Below the pieces are notes generated by a model that was not told the DNA's origin, made no database searches, and worked only from the letters and a program-made list of their open reading frames with translations. The translations under genes and the position numbers were made by a program. From a bacterium (lineage in GTDB: Bacteria > CALINM01): a DNA stretch of 40,095 nt. Numbering within the stretch: position 1 is the stretch's first letter; each line of letters begins with the position of its first letter. The stretch spans positions 1 to 40,095 of the forward strand of contig JBEQAF010000006.1 of assembly GCA_041640455.1 (NCBI GenBank). Reading direction: 5' to 3'. Shown here piece after piece: positions 9,347 to 18,247 of the stretch.

Positions 9347-11430
9347 TTAATATCTCCTGCCTTTACTACCCTGTTTCTTCCGCTTCTCTTCGCTTCGTAT
9401 AAACAGTTATCCGCCTTTTCTATCAGTTCAGCCTTTTCATTGCCATCTTCAGGAAATGTGGCTATTCCCATGCTTACTGTTACGTTAAGTCTGCCGCCTT
9501 CAAATACTATAGTTAGCTCGGAAATTTCTTTTCTTAATCTCTCAGCAAATTTATATGCGTTATCCTTACTGATCTGAGGCAGTATTACTGCAAACTCTTC
9601 TCCTCCATATCTGGCAACGATGTCTATCTTTCTTGCTCCGTTTTTTACAGTCTGTGATACCTTCTTAAGTACCAGATCTCCCACAGGATGACCATAATTA
9701 TCGTTTACTTTTTTGAAGAAATCAATATCAAGAAGTATGAGTGAGAATGTTTCATTATATCTTTTCCCTTTTTCCAGAAGCTCCGTGAACCTCTCCTGAA
9801 AGTAACGGTGATTATAGACCCCGGTTAGACCATCGGTGGTAGCCATAAGGTCTATCTTTTCCACATAGAGAGCCTTTGCTATAGATATGGTCAGCTGGTT
9901 TGTGAGTATCTCAATAAGATTTTTCTCGTATTCTGTGGGACCGTTATCTTTGAAACAAAGCACCAGCGCCCCCTGCCTGTCTTCCCTCTCAATCAGTATG
10001 GGAATTACTATCAGTCTGTCTATGTTCTTAATCTTGACATCTTCATTTATAAGCGGTACTTTTCTTTTTTTATCGCCATAGTCTTTAATATCCAGCACCG
10101 TTTTATGATTGATAGACCAGCTTATAAGACTTTCCTCTGATATTGTAAGCCCGCTAATATCACCGGGAAAACCTTTCTGTATAACTACCTTCTGAAAACC
10201 CTCCTCGTCTTTAAAGCTGATAAATGCATAGGACGGATTGACAAAGGGGGTCAGAAGCTCAAGAAAACCTTCCAGTGTTTCCGAAAGCTTTACATATGAA
10301 AGCATTACCTTACTGGCATCATAAAGAGCTTTAAACTCCTTAGACTGCTGATTGACCTGCTGAAACAGTCTGGCATTCTGGATGGCATCTTCTATCTGGG
10401 TGGCTGATATTCTTATGATATTTTCTGTCTCTCTCGTAAATATGTCGCTCTCCAGTGCGTCTATAAATAGCACACCAAAAACCGTTTCGTTTAGATATAC
10501 TGGCACACCGAGAAAGGATTTTACAGGCACATATCTATCATAGTAATTAAGAGAATCCTTACTGCCTTTATAATCCTTAAGATTAAGCTCCTTTGCATAC
10601 TTATAAATCCATCCCACCACCCCCTGCTCGAGACTTATATCCTCGTTGTAACGCAGATATTCATTTTCTGAGATTGCATCTACAATTCGGTAGTATTTAC
10701 CATCATCCTTTATCTTTACAAAACAGACCGTATAGGGATCCAGAAAATTTTTTATCCGCTCGAGGATATCAAATATCCTTTCCTCAAAAATTTTGTAGGA
10801 ATGGCTAAAACTTTCCTCTCTCTTCTCGGTCTTCAGAGCGAGAATTGCATCTTCCTCTTCCTTAAAAATCCTTTTTGCTCCTTCCTTTATATCTTTAAGC
10901 TTACTTTTATATTCTTTTTTCTCGGATCTTTCTTTTCTCAAAAGGTAACCCATGGCAGAAAATAGAACTGCAAAAGTGGTGAAGCTTAAAAAGTTAAAAT
11001 ATGCCCGTTCCCAGGGGATATATACATAAGCCAGATAGTTGTAAGCAACAGATAGGATAAAGTAGAAAAAAGCCACATAAATATTAAGAAATGTAAAAGC
11101 CAGTGATAGATATATGTGGAACACAGGTTCAAGAACCTGAAGGGATTTGATATTAAAAAAGAGCGTAATCAGCAAAAACAGCCAGCCGCCAGTAAAAAGT
11201 GATCTATCAAAGCTCTTTCTATTTTTTTCATCATCTCTGATAAAAAAATATAAGTCTCCTGCAAGCAGAATTATTATTAATACCGCCGCCAGCGCTGAGA
11301 AAAAAATCTGATATCGGGTAAGCCCGCCGCTTAACCCTGCATCAAATTTAAGGCTGAAGGTGTAGATCAGCGATATGACAAGTGTAAGATATTTGATTAT
11401 TTTCTTATTTTTCTGGGTAATTTCGATCAT
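9343..11430 (-). CDS. Membrane-anchored diguanylate cyclase (TM region, two GAF-like domains, GGDEF)
   Basis: Hydrophobic N-terminal ~165 aa; GAF-type GVVGW and SFLGVPV; TDGLTG, DIDFFKKVND.YGH, RxxD I-site (RKID), GGEEF. Confidence 0.9.
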   Translation of the reverse strand: MIEITQKNKKIIKYLTLVISLIYTFSLKFDAGLSGGLTRYQIFFSALAAVLIIILLAGDLYFFIRDDEKNRKSFDRSLFTGGWLFLLITLFFNIKSLQVLEPVFHIYLSLAFTFLNIYVAFFYFILSVAYNYLAYVYIPWERAYFNFLSFTTFAVLFSAMGYLLRKERSEKKEYKSKLKDIKEGAKRIFKEEEDAILALKTEKREESFSHSYKIFEERIFDILERIKNFLDPYTVCFVKIKDDGKYYRIVDAISENEYLRYNEDISLEQGVVGWIYKYAKELNLKDYKGSKDSLNYYDRYVPVKSFLGVPVYLNETVFGVLFIDALESDIFTRETENIIRISATQIEDAIQNARLFQQVNQQSKEFKALYDASKVMLSYVKLSETLEGFLELLTPFVNPSYAFISFKDEEGFQKVVIQKGFPGDISGLTISEESLISWSINHKTVLDIKDYGDKKRKVPLINEDVKIKNIDRLIVIPILIEREDRQGALVLCFKDNGPTEYEKNLIEILTNQLTISIAKALYVEKIDLMATTDGLTGVYNHRYFQERFTELLEKGKRYNETFSLILLDIDFFKKVNDNYGHPVGDLVLKKVSQTVKNGARKIDIVARYGGEEFAVILPQISKDNAYKFAERLRKEISELTIVFEGGRLNVTVSMGIATFPEDGNEKAELIEKADNCLYEAKRSGRNRVVKAGDIK

Positions 11431-11732
11431 TTAGACTTTTTCTGCTCATCTTCCGCAAAAAGGTAGTATATCTCGCCCTTCGAACCTTTTCTGAGATTTA
11501 TCTTAATCTGCTCCTCCAGGAAGAGCTGATCTGTTTTTAAAGCCTCAATCTCCTTCTCAATCTTTTTCTTCACGGCAAGCACAAAATTATATTCTGCCAT
11601 TACCCTTGACTTTTCCTTTCTTGATGCCAGATAGCTTTTTAAGCCACATTTACCGACATAGATATCATAAACGAGATAGACGATTAAAACAAATAATCCT
11701 GCATTTAAGATATATTTAATAGTGCTTTTCAT
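11427..11732 (-). CDS. Septum formation initiator (FtsB/DivIC-like) protein
   Basis: Single N-terminal TM helix, G..G motif, leucine-zipper coiled coil (IEKEIEALK), C-terminal GE.YY. Confidence 0.6.
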   Translation of the reverse strand: MKSTIKYILNAGLFVLIVYLVYDIYVGKCGLKSYLASRKEKSRVMAEYNFVLAVKKKIEKEIEALKTDQLFLEEQIKINLRKGSKGEIYYLFAEDEQKKSK

Positions 11733-12163
11733 TTTTCCTTAGGCTTTGTTGCTATTGCAATCCTCTCAAGCCCTGCAGATTTTGCTATATCCATAATCTT
11801 AACTACCTCTCCCTGAGATACGCTTTCATCTGCCTGAATTATTACTATAAGCTCCTTATTTGAAGCCCTCTGATAGATTAGCTTTTCAATATCTTCAAGG
11901 GAAAAGCTCCTCCCCTCAACAATAAAATTACCGTATGTATACCCCTCTTTCTGAACTCCTCTGGTAATAAAAATTCTTATCTCACTGCTTTCTTTTACAG
12001 GATCCTGCGCTGATGATTGAGGAAGTTTGAGCTTTATTGCAGGTGTCCCTATAAAATTTAAAGAAAGGGCGAAAAAAATTATCAGATTAAATACCGTATC
12101 AACAATGGGGGTGAAATCAATGGCGTTATAGCTGTTTTTCTTTTTTTCTATTCTAAAGTTCAT
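11729..12163 (-). CDS. exbD: ExbD/TolR biopolymer transporter
   Basis: IDFTPIVDTVFNLIIFF TM with the conserved Asp; LKLP; IQAD....G.VV.IMD.AK.AG. Confidence 0.9.
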   Translation of the reverse strand: MNFRIEKKKNSYNAIDFTPIVDTVFNLIIFFALSLNFIGTPAIKLKLPQSSAQDPVKESSEIRIFITRGVQKEGYTYGNFIVEGRSFSLEDIEKLIYQRASNKELIVIIQADESVSQGEVVKIMDIAKSAGLERIAIATKPKEK

Positions 12164-12767
12164 CAGAGCTACTCTCTGCTATGTCAATCAGGGTGATAGC
12201 CATATTTTCCATCTCTGCAACCAGCTTGTTGACCCTTGAATCCAGATATCTGTGAAAAATCACACTGGGTATTGCAACCAGAAGACCAAAGGCTGTGGTA
12301 TTCAGGGCTTCCGATATACCGCCTGCAAGCTTTGCAGGATTTACAACGGGCTCAACGCCTATGATTGAAAATATCTTAATAAGCCCAGATATGGTTCCCA
12401 AAAGACCAAGCAGTGTGGATACACCAGCAATGGTGTTTATATAATCTATATAACTTTCAAGCTCTATTACCTCCATCCTCCCCACCTCTTCCACACTTTC
12501 TTTAATACTGCTCTTCCCCTGCCCCATGTTTTTTACTATTACCATCAGTATTTTTGCGAGAGGTGAAGGGTATTTTGTTGCAAGGCTATAAACCTCACTG
12601 ATGCGTTTCTCCTTAAACAGTTTTACCGCCTCATTTACCAGCGGTGAAGGTATAATCTTTTCTCTTTTCAAGGTGATAAGCTTATATATAAAAAACCCTA
12701 AAGAGAGTATGGAGCATAATAAAATGGGGTACATAAATACCCCACCTTTCATAAAAAACTGTATCAT
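12153..12767 (-). CDS. exbB: MotA/TolQ/ExbB proton channel protein
   Basis: GG.FMYPI, LLGLLGTISGLI, LAGGISEAL.TTAFGL.VAIP. Confidence 0.92.
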   Translation of the reverse strand: MIQFFMKGGVFMYPILLCSILSLGFFIYKLITLKREKIIPSPLVNEAVKLFKEKRISEVYSLATKYPSPLAKILMVIVKNMGQGKSSIKESVEEVGRMEVIELESYIDYINTIAGVSTLLGLLGTISGLIKIFSIIGVEPVVNPAKLAGGISEALNTTAFGLLVAIPSVIFHRYLDSRVNKLVAEMENMAITLIDIAESSSDEL

Positions 12768-14344
12768 TCTTTCTCCTGTTTCATTATTTTCCCTAACTTT
12801 TCATAACATATTTCAATAATTTTTTGAAGTTCTTTTTTTATATAATCATCAGCGGTGTCAGGTAGATATGCTTCGGCTCTCCATAAAATCTCCTCGCACT
12901 CTCCCTGCTCCAGCAAAATAGACAGATATTCCAGTCTCAGCTGATCGTCTTTGCCCTTCACCTTATGCATTGCTTCTTCCAGAATCTTTTTGGCAGTAAA
13001 ATAACTTTTTTTAAATCTGAATGTCTTTGAAAAATTTAGATAAAGTACGTATAAATCTTCGTTACCAAGATGCTTTTCTTCTCTAATAATCTTTTCATAA
13101 AGCTTTCCTGCCCGATCATGGTTATTTGTTTTGAGCAGAAAATCTGCATAATAGCGAGAAAAGGGGTAATAATTAAAAAGTTTCAGATTTTCGATTATCC
13201 TGATGGATTCTTTTCTTTCGAGATTGCCATCAAAAAGGTCTCTAAAAAAAAGCTCCTCATCTTTGTTTTTCCAGCTGTTATTATAGCAGGCTGTGGCTGT
13301 CTGCCCTTTTGGATTTTCCATTATTTTTGTTGCACAGATCAGAAAGGCAAGCTCACTATCGCTAATTGCCTGAACACTGATAGCTGCTGGCAGATTAATC
13401 TTCACTCCTTTGTCAATAAAATATCGAAGTAAATTTTTAAGTGTATATACGAAGTTTTCATCATCCTGATATTTTATAAAATTTATGTTGCCTCTCCTGT
13501 TATATGTTAGATCAAGAATAAAATGTATCTTTTCTCTCTCTTCTTTTTTCAGATAGTGGTGAATCCTTTCTGCCTCACTGAACCTCCTATCCAGAAGATA
13601 GCTATAAGCAGCATAAACAAGCGCCTGTTCAGAGATATCCTTATTTTTAGCCGATTTTATAAAAAGATCAGCCGCTTTTCTGTATTCACCGCTCCTGAAA
13701 TGCCCTCTTGCCAAAAGATAACTAACCAGACCATCATCCAGATAGGCTCTTATCTGTTCATCTAACTGATTAACATCCCTGCTTAAAATCTTATAGGCTA
13801 TGGCTTCCCTGAGAAATGGCTTTGAAAGCCGTCTCCAATCTTTAAGGGCATCTTTGCTCTCAGCATCAAAGAAATATTTCATATCTGAAAAAATCGTAAT
13901 AACCTCTCTGCTTTTAACCTCTGAAAAGATCTTCCTTGCCTCCTCTGTTTTGCCTGATTTAAGACTTGAGATAGACAGAGCTATTCTTCCCATCTGCCCC
14001 AGTATCCCATCTTCAAAGCTCAGCATATCTTCCGAATCTATACCAAGTATCATAAGAGACACATAAAATTTACAGAACTCTTTAAGCTCTCCATCTTCTA
14101 CATAAAAGCAGATTCCTAAATTTTTTTCCCTAACCAGGGAGATAAGCATGTCAAGACTGGTGTCACTCAGTTGATGAATGTTTTCCTCCAGATAAATAAT
14201 GGGGAAAAGCTCCAGAAAATCTTTTTCCTTTTCCAGAGAGTAGGTATAGACAGGGGTTATCTGATGGGGAATATCTCTTATCTCAAAGGCATATAGATAC
14301 GAAGAGGAAAGCAAGAGGGCAAATATTATTGCAAGCCTTTTCAT
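12764..14344 (-). CDS. Exported alpha-helical/TPR-like hypothetical protein (526 aa)
   Basis: True start is probably the ATG at 14344 (ATGA overlap with the yihY stop), which gives a signal peptide MKRLAIIFALLLSSSYLYA; TPR-like patterns such as YLLARGHFRSGEYRKAADLF. Confidence 0.65.
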   Translation of the reverse strand: MKRLAIIFALLLSSSYLYAFEIRDIPHQITPVYTYSLEKEKDFLELFPIIYLEENIHQLSDTSLDMLISLVREKNLGICFYVEDGELKEFCKFYVSLMILGIDSEDMLSFEDGILGQMGRIALSISSLKSGKTEEARKIFSEVKSREVITIFSDMKYFFDAESKDALKDWRRLSKPFLREAIAYKILSRDVNQLDEQIRAYLDDGLVSYLLARGHFRSGEYRKAADLFIKSAKNKDISEQALVYAAYSYLLDRRFSEAERIHHYLKKEEREKIHFILDLTYNRRGNINFIKYQDDENFVYTLKNLLRYFIDKGVKINLPAAISVQAISDSELAFLICATKIMENPKGQTATACYNNSWKNKDEELFFRDLFDGNLERKESIRIIENLKLFNYYPFSRYYADFLLKTNNHDRAGKLYEKIIREEKHLGNEDLYVLYLNFSKTFRFKKSYFTAKKILEEAMHKVKGKDDQLRLEYLSILLEQGECEEILWRAEAYLPDTADDYIKKELQKIIEICYEKLGKIMKQEKE

Positions 14345-15174
14345 TTTTCGGTAAGCACCTTCAGTATCTCTGCACCCAGCAGAAATATAAGAGCCGCATA
14401 AAAACACCAGCTTATTAAAATAATAAATATGCTCATAGAGCCATAAATTACGTTGTAATTGGTAATAAAGGTCACATACCAGGTAAATATCTTTATGGCT
14501 ATTGTCCACATGACAACAATAAATGCAGACACATATATGACGTGCTTTATGTTAAATATTCTGCCGATAAAAACACGAAATACCATAAATATTGAAAATA
14601 TCTGGATAATCAGTGTAAATACGGGAACTGTAAGGTCAGCTTTTCTAAGAACAGGTGCGAGAAAATAAAACTCTTGCCTTCTCGAAAGTTTTTTGAGGAA
14701 TGAGATAAGTAAGTCAAAGTTCAGGTAAACGAATATGGCAGCAGCAAGCAGAATTATCAGAAAAAAATAGAGCAGCAGAGATTCAAGAGAGCCTCTGTTT
14801 TTTCTAATTCGTTCTTTAAAAATATCCTGAAGTGCATTATCTACGGAGCTGAAAATGAGAGTACTGCTTAACATAAGCACAACTATGTTTAGCACGTTTA
14901 GCCCCAGACTGGATCGGGTGAACCAGGATGTGAGCTTTTGCCACATCTGGGGTGTAAAATTTGGCAGATAGGGGCTAATAAGCTCAAAAATTTTCTTGGA
15001 AACCACAAGATTTGAACCGATAAAGAAACCTACCGCAGAAGTGATAAAAAAAACTATAGGAAGCGCAGAAAGTACGGAGAAATAGGCAATAGATGCAGCA
15101 TTATTAAAACATCTGTCTTTTACCAGCCCTGATAGCACCTTTTTTATAAAAAGAAAAAACTTCATACTAATCAA
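14341..15174 (-). CDS. YihY/virulence factor BrkB family inner membrane protein
   Basis: AASIAYFSVLS..P, multiple TM helices, Y..IYGS, LLGAE C-terminal motif. Confidence 0.9.
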   Translation of the reverse strand: MISMKFFLFIKKVLSGLVKDRCFNNAASIAYFSVLSALPIVFFITSAVGFFIGSNLVVSKKIFELISPYLPNFTPQMWQKLTSWFTRSSLGLNVLNIVVLMLSSTLIFSSVDNALQDIFKERIRKNRGSLESLLLYFFLIILLAAAIFVYLNFDLLISFLKKLSRRQEFYFLAPVLRKADLTVPVFTLIIQIFSIFMVFRVFIGRIFNIKHVIYVSAFIVVMWTIAIKIFTWYVTFITNYNVIYGSMSIFIILISWCFYAALIFLLGAEILKVLTEK

Positions 15175-16072
15175 TTATCAGTGAGCCGATCAGTTCATTC
15201 AGGGTAAGATTTTTCTCAGTAAGATATTCCTCAAGACTGTCAATAAGTATCCACAAAGTCTGGGGGTTCATAAAATTTGCAGTACCTATCTGAAGAGCTT
15301 TTGCTCCCACTATCAGAAACTCAAGTGCATCGCAAATATTCATAATACCACCACAACCGATAACAGGAATATTTATACTCTGAACACACCTGTAAACATG
15401 ATAGAGGCTTAAAGGCTTTATGGACGGTCCTGACATGCCGCCAAAAATATTTCCTATCTTTGGTCTTCTTGAATTAATATCCACAGCCATAGCAGTATAA
15501 GTGTTTGTAACAACCAGAGCATCAGCACCTGCAGATTCGCAGGCTTTCGCAATTCTAACAATGTCTGAAACGTTTGGAGTAAGCTTCACCCAGAGCGGTT
15601 TATCTGTCACTTTCCTTATATCGGATATAAGAGAGCTTACCATTCTCTCATCGGTCCCAAAGCATATACCGCCCTCCTTCACATTGGGACAGGAAATATT
15701 AACTTCAAGAATATCAACTTTCGGACTAAAGTTAAGAATCTGTGCCACCTTTATATAATCTTCATGACTGTTGCCAAAAAAATTGCATACAATCTTTGTA
15801 TCAATATCTTTTAATTCAGAAATTTTTCTTTCAAACTCAGAAACCCCAACATTTTCAAGACCAATGGAGTTTATCATCCCGCCTCTCACCTCGCATATAC
15901 GGGGTGGCTTGTTACCTTTTTTCGGATGAAAGGATATCCCTTTTGTCACTATCGCACCAAGCCGTGATAAATCGCCAAATTCTTTAAACTCAACACCATA
16001 GCCAAAGGTTCCTGATGCGGGCATAAAGGGGTTTTTTAAAGTGATATTTCCAATTTTTATGGAGAGATCCAT
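15167..16072 (-). CDS. pyrD: Dihydroorotate dehydrogenase B (NAD+), catalytic subunit
   Basis: LKNP...ASGTFGYG, INSIGLEN.G, EVNISCPNV, VKLTPN, GG.SGP.IKP, GTANF. Confidence 0.96.
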   Translation of the reverse strand: MDLSIKIGNITLKNPFMPASGTFGYGVEFKEFGDLSRLGAIVTKGISFHPKKGNKPPRICEVRGGMINSIGLENVGVSEFERKISELKDIDTKIVCNFFGNSHEDYIKVAQILNFSPKVDILEVNISCPNVKEGGICFGTDERMVSSLISDIRKVTDKPLWVKLTPNVSDIVRIAKACESAGADALVVTNTYTAMAVDINSRRPKIGNIFGGMSGPSIKPLSLYHVYRCVQSINIPVIGCGGIMNICDALEFLIVGAKALQIGTANFMNPQTLWILIDSLEEYLTEKNLTLNELIGSLIID

Positions 16073-16074
16073 AT

Positions 16075-16827
16075 CTATACTCCAAAAATATCTTTCAGAT
16101 TAAAAATAGGTCCATCAGTGCATACCTTTACATAACCACCTGGTGTATCTACCGTACAGCCAAGACATACTCCAAATCCGCAAGCCATATAGGTTTCAAA
16201 AGAACCGAATATTTTTGTCCCCTCAAATCTTCTGCCCAGCTCCCACAGACTTTTTAGAAAAGGTTTTGGACCGCAGGCATAGATATTAAAACTTTTATCC
16301 CTGTTTCTTATGAGATAGGCTTCTACAAATTCGGTTATAAAGCCCCTATTAAAAAGAGAACCATCATCGGTGCTTATAAGATAATCGCGGGTGCTGGTTA
16401 TCTCATCAATTAGAAAAGCTTCATCTCTGTTTCTGAACCCCACAAATATTTTTTCAGTTTCAAGATGATTTTTCAGCCCCCACAAGGGTGCCAGCCCTAT
16501 ACCTCCAGCCACAATAAGATTATTGCCTTCAAGAATTGGAAAGCTATTACCCAGCGGTCCCACTATAGAAATTATTTGAGGCAGCTGACATTCAAATAGC
16601 CTGTTTGTAACAGATCCTACTGATTTGACTATAATTTTTAGTTGATTATCTTTCTTATCAAATATGCTGAAAGGACGGGGCAGTATATTCTCAATTCCAT
16701 CCATCCTTATCATGACAAAATTTCCCGGTGAGACAGATCCTATATCCGCCTCAAGCTCTATGTTGATTAAAAAAATCCCTTTTGCAAGAGGCTTTCTTGA
16801 GAAAATTTTTCCATTTATTCTTTTCAA
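16075..16827 (-). CDS. pyrK: Dihydroorotate dehydrogenase electron transfer subunit
   Basis: RPFS, GPLGN.F, GGIGLAP, ACGP, [2Fe-2S] motif MACGFGVCLGC...VC.DGP; TTG start with GGAGGT SD. Confidence 0.93.
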   Translation of the reverse strand: MKRINGKIFSRKPLAKGIFLINIELEADIGSVSPGNFVMIRMDGIENILPRPFSIFDKKDNQLKIIVKSVGSVTNRLFECQLPQIISIVGPLGNSFPILEGNNLIVAGGIGLAPLWGLKNHLETEKIFVGFRNRDEAFLIDEITSTRDYLISTDDGSLFNRGFITEFVEAYLIRNRDKSFNIYACGPKPFLKSLWELGRRFEGTKIFGSFETYMACGFGVCLGCTVDTPGGYVKVCTDGPIFNLKDIFGV

Positions 16828-16836
16828 TGAAACCTC

Positions 16837-17280
16837 CTATAACTCCTTCCACATTATTAAGGCATCCTCGCCAGTATCAAAATAATAGTTTTTTCTCACA
16901 CCTTTTACAGCAAAATTAAACTCCTTATATAGATTTATAGCCTCTACATTGGATTTTCTTACCTCAAGGGTAATCTTGGTGGCTCCCTTATTCTGAGCTT
17001 CTTCTAAAAAGCCTTCCAGAAGATATCTTCCATACCCCTTTCTCCTGTATCTGGCAGATATGGCAAGATTCAGAATATGAACCTCAGGCAGAATAAGCCA
17101 GCTCATCACATATCCTTCAACCTTTTTTTTGATCTCCAAAACCAGATTAAAGGAAAGGGGAAAGCACAGCTCTTCAAGAATCAATGTTCTTGACCACGGT
17201 GTGGCAAAACTCTCTCTTTCAATTCTTTCAATATCATCAACATCATCTATGGAAGCCAGACGTATCATTGCGTTCAACAA
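16837..17280 (-). CDS. rimI: Ribosomal protein S18 alanine N-acetyltransferase (GNAT)
   Basis: SF.TPWS, EVHILNLA, RRKGYG, LEVRKSN..A..LY, RKNYY....EDALIM; start may be ATG at 17268. Confidence 0.93.
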   Translation of the reverse strand: MLNAMIRLASIDDVDDIERIERESFATPWSRTLILEELCFPLSFNLVLEIKKKVEGYVMSWLILPEVHILNLAISARYRRKGYGRYLLEGFLEEAQNKGATKITLEVRKSNVEAINLYKEFNFAVKGVRKNYYFDTGEDALIMWKEL

Positions 17281-18188
17281 GCAAGAAACTCCTTACCCTG
17301 ATATAAACCTTCTGAAATAAGTCTTCTTCTTATCTCTTCAATAACCGAAGTTTTTTCTGCTGACCATAGAGGTGCAACAAGCTCACCTTTATGGGCATCT
17401 CCTGTAAGCCTGTGAATAACCATATCCGGTCTTAAATGGGATATAAAATTAACCACCATATCAATATAAAGCTCCCTTGATATGGGCTGGTACATGCCTT
17501 GTTCATAGAGCTTAAAAAGAGGTGCATTTTTTGAAACATATAGAAGATGTAGTTTCACCCCTTTAACAGGTAACGTTGAAAGATAATTTGCCATAGCTAT
17601 CGCATCTTTCGTAGTATCTTCAGGGAAACCAAATATCACATGGGCAACTATATCAAAAGGATATCTTTCTGCCAGTTTTACTGCCTCTTCAAACTCCTTA
17701 AGACCATGCCCCCTTCTCATCCATCTAAAGTTTTCATCCTTTATGCTCTGTAGCCCCAGCTCAAGAAATATTTTATAGTTATCGCCAAAGCTATTTAAAA
17801 GTTCAAGCCTCTCCTTATCAACACAGTCAGGTCTTGTTCCCACTGAAATAGCCACAATCTCGCTGAAGCTTTTAACCACTCCCCATATCCTGGCTAACTG
17901 CTCAATAGGTGCATAGGTATTTGTATAGGACTGGAAATAGGCTATAAAGGCATCCACATTTTTATATTTTCTTCTGATGCCATCCATCCCTTTTTTAATC
18001 TGCTCCTCCAGCGAAATCCCTTGCCTGAACAGACCTGTTCCCGAACCTCTGCTATTACAGTAGATACATTCTTCACCTCTTTCTCGATTGGGACAGGTAA
18101 GCCCAGCATCAAGAGTAATCTTGTAAACCCTTTTGCTGAAACAGTCCTTGAGATAGCTATTCAGATCTCTATAAAGCCTATTTTTCAT
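17274..18188 (-). CDS. TIGR01212 family radical SAM protein (YhcC/YtqA-MnmL-like)
   Basis: DAGLTCPNR...CIYC, AYFQSYTNTYA, GTRPDC, ELGLQS, RGH, GVKLHLL, IHRLTGD. Confidence 0.92.
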   Translation of the reverse strand: MKNRLYRDLNSYLKDCFSKRVYKITLDAGLTCPNRERGEECIYCNSRGSGTGLFRQGISLEEQIKKGMDGIRRKYKNVDAFIAYFQSYTNTYAPIEQLARIWGVVKSFSEIVAISVGTRPDCVDKERLELLNSFGDNYKIFLELGLQSIKDENFRWMRRGHGLKEFEEAVKLAERYPFDIVAHVIFGFPEDTTKDAIAMANYLSTLPVKGVKLHLLYVSKNAPLFKLYEQGMYQPISRELYIDMVVNFISHLRPDMVIHRLTGDAHKGELVAPLWSAEKTSVIEEIRRRLISEGLYQGKEFLAC

Positions 18189-18247
18189 TTTAAAATCACT
18201 ATTAAGTATTATAAAATATTAAACGTATCTTAACAAGGAGCATAATT

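Noticed and set aside
14345..14509. N-terminal 55-aa extension of the TPR-like ORF in the ORF track
   Set aside because: Overlaps yihY by 169 nt; the ATG at 14344 gives an ATGA coupling and a clean signal peptide.
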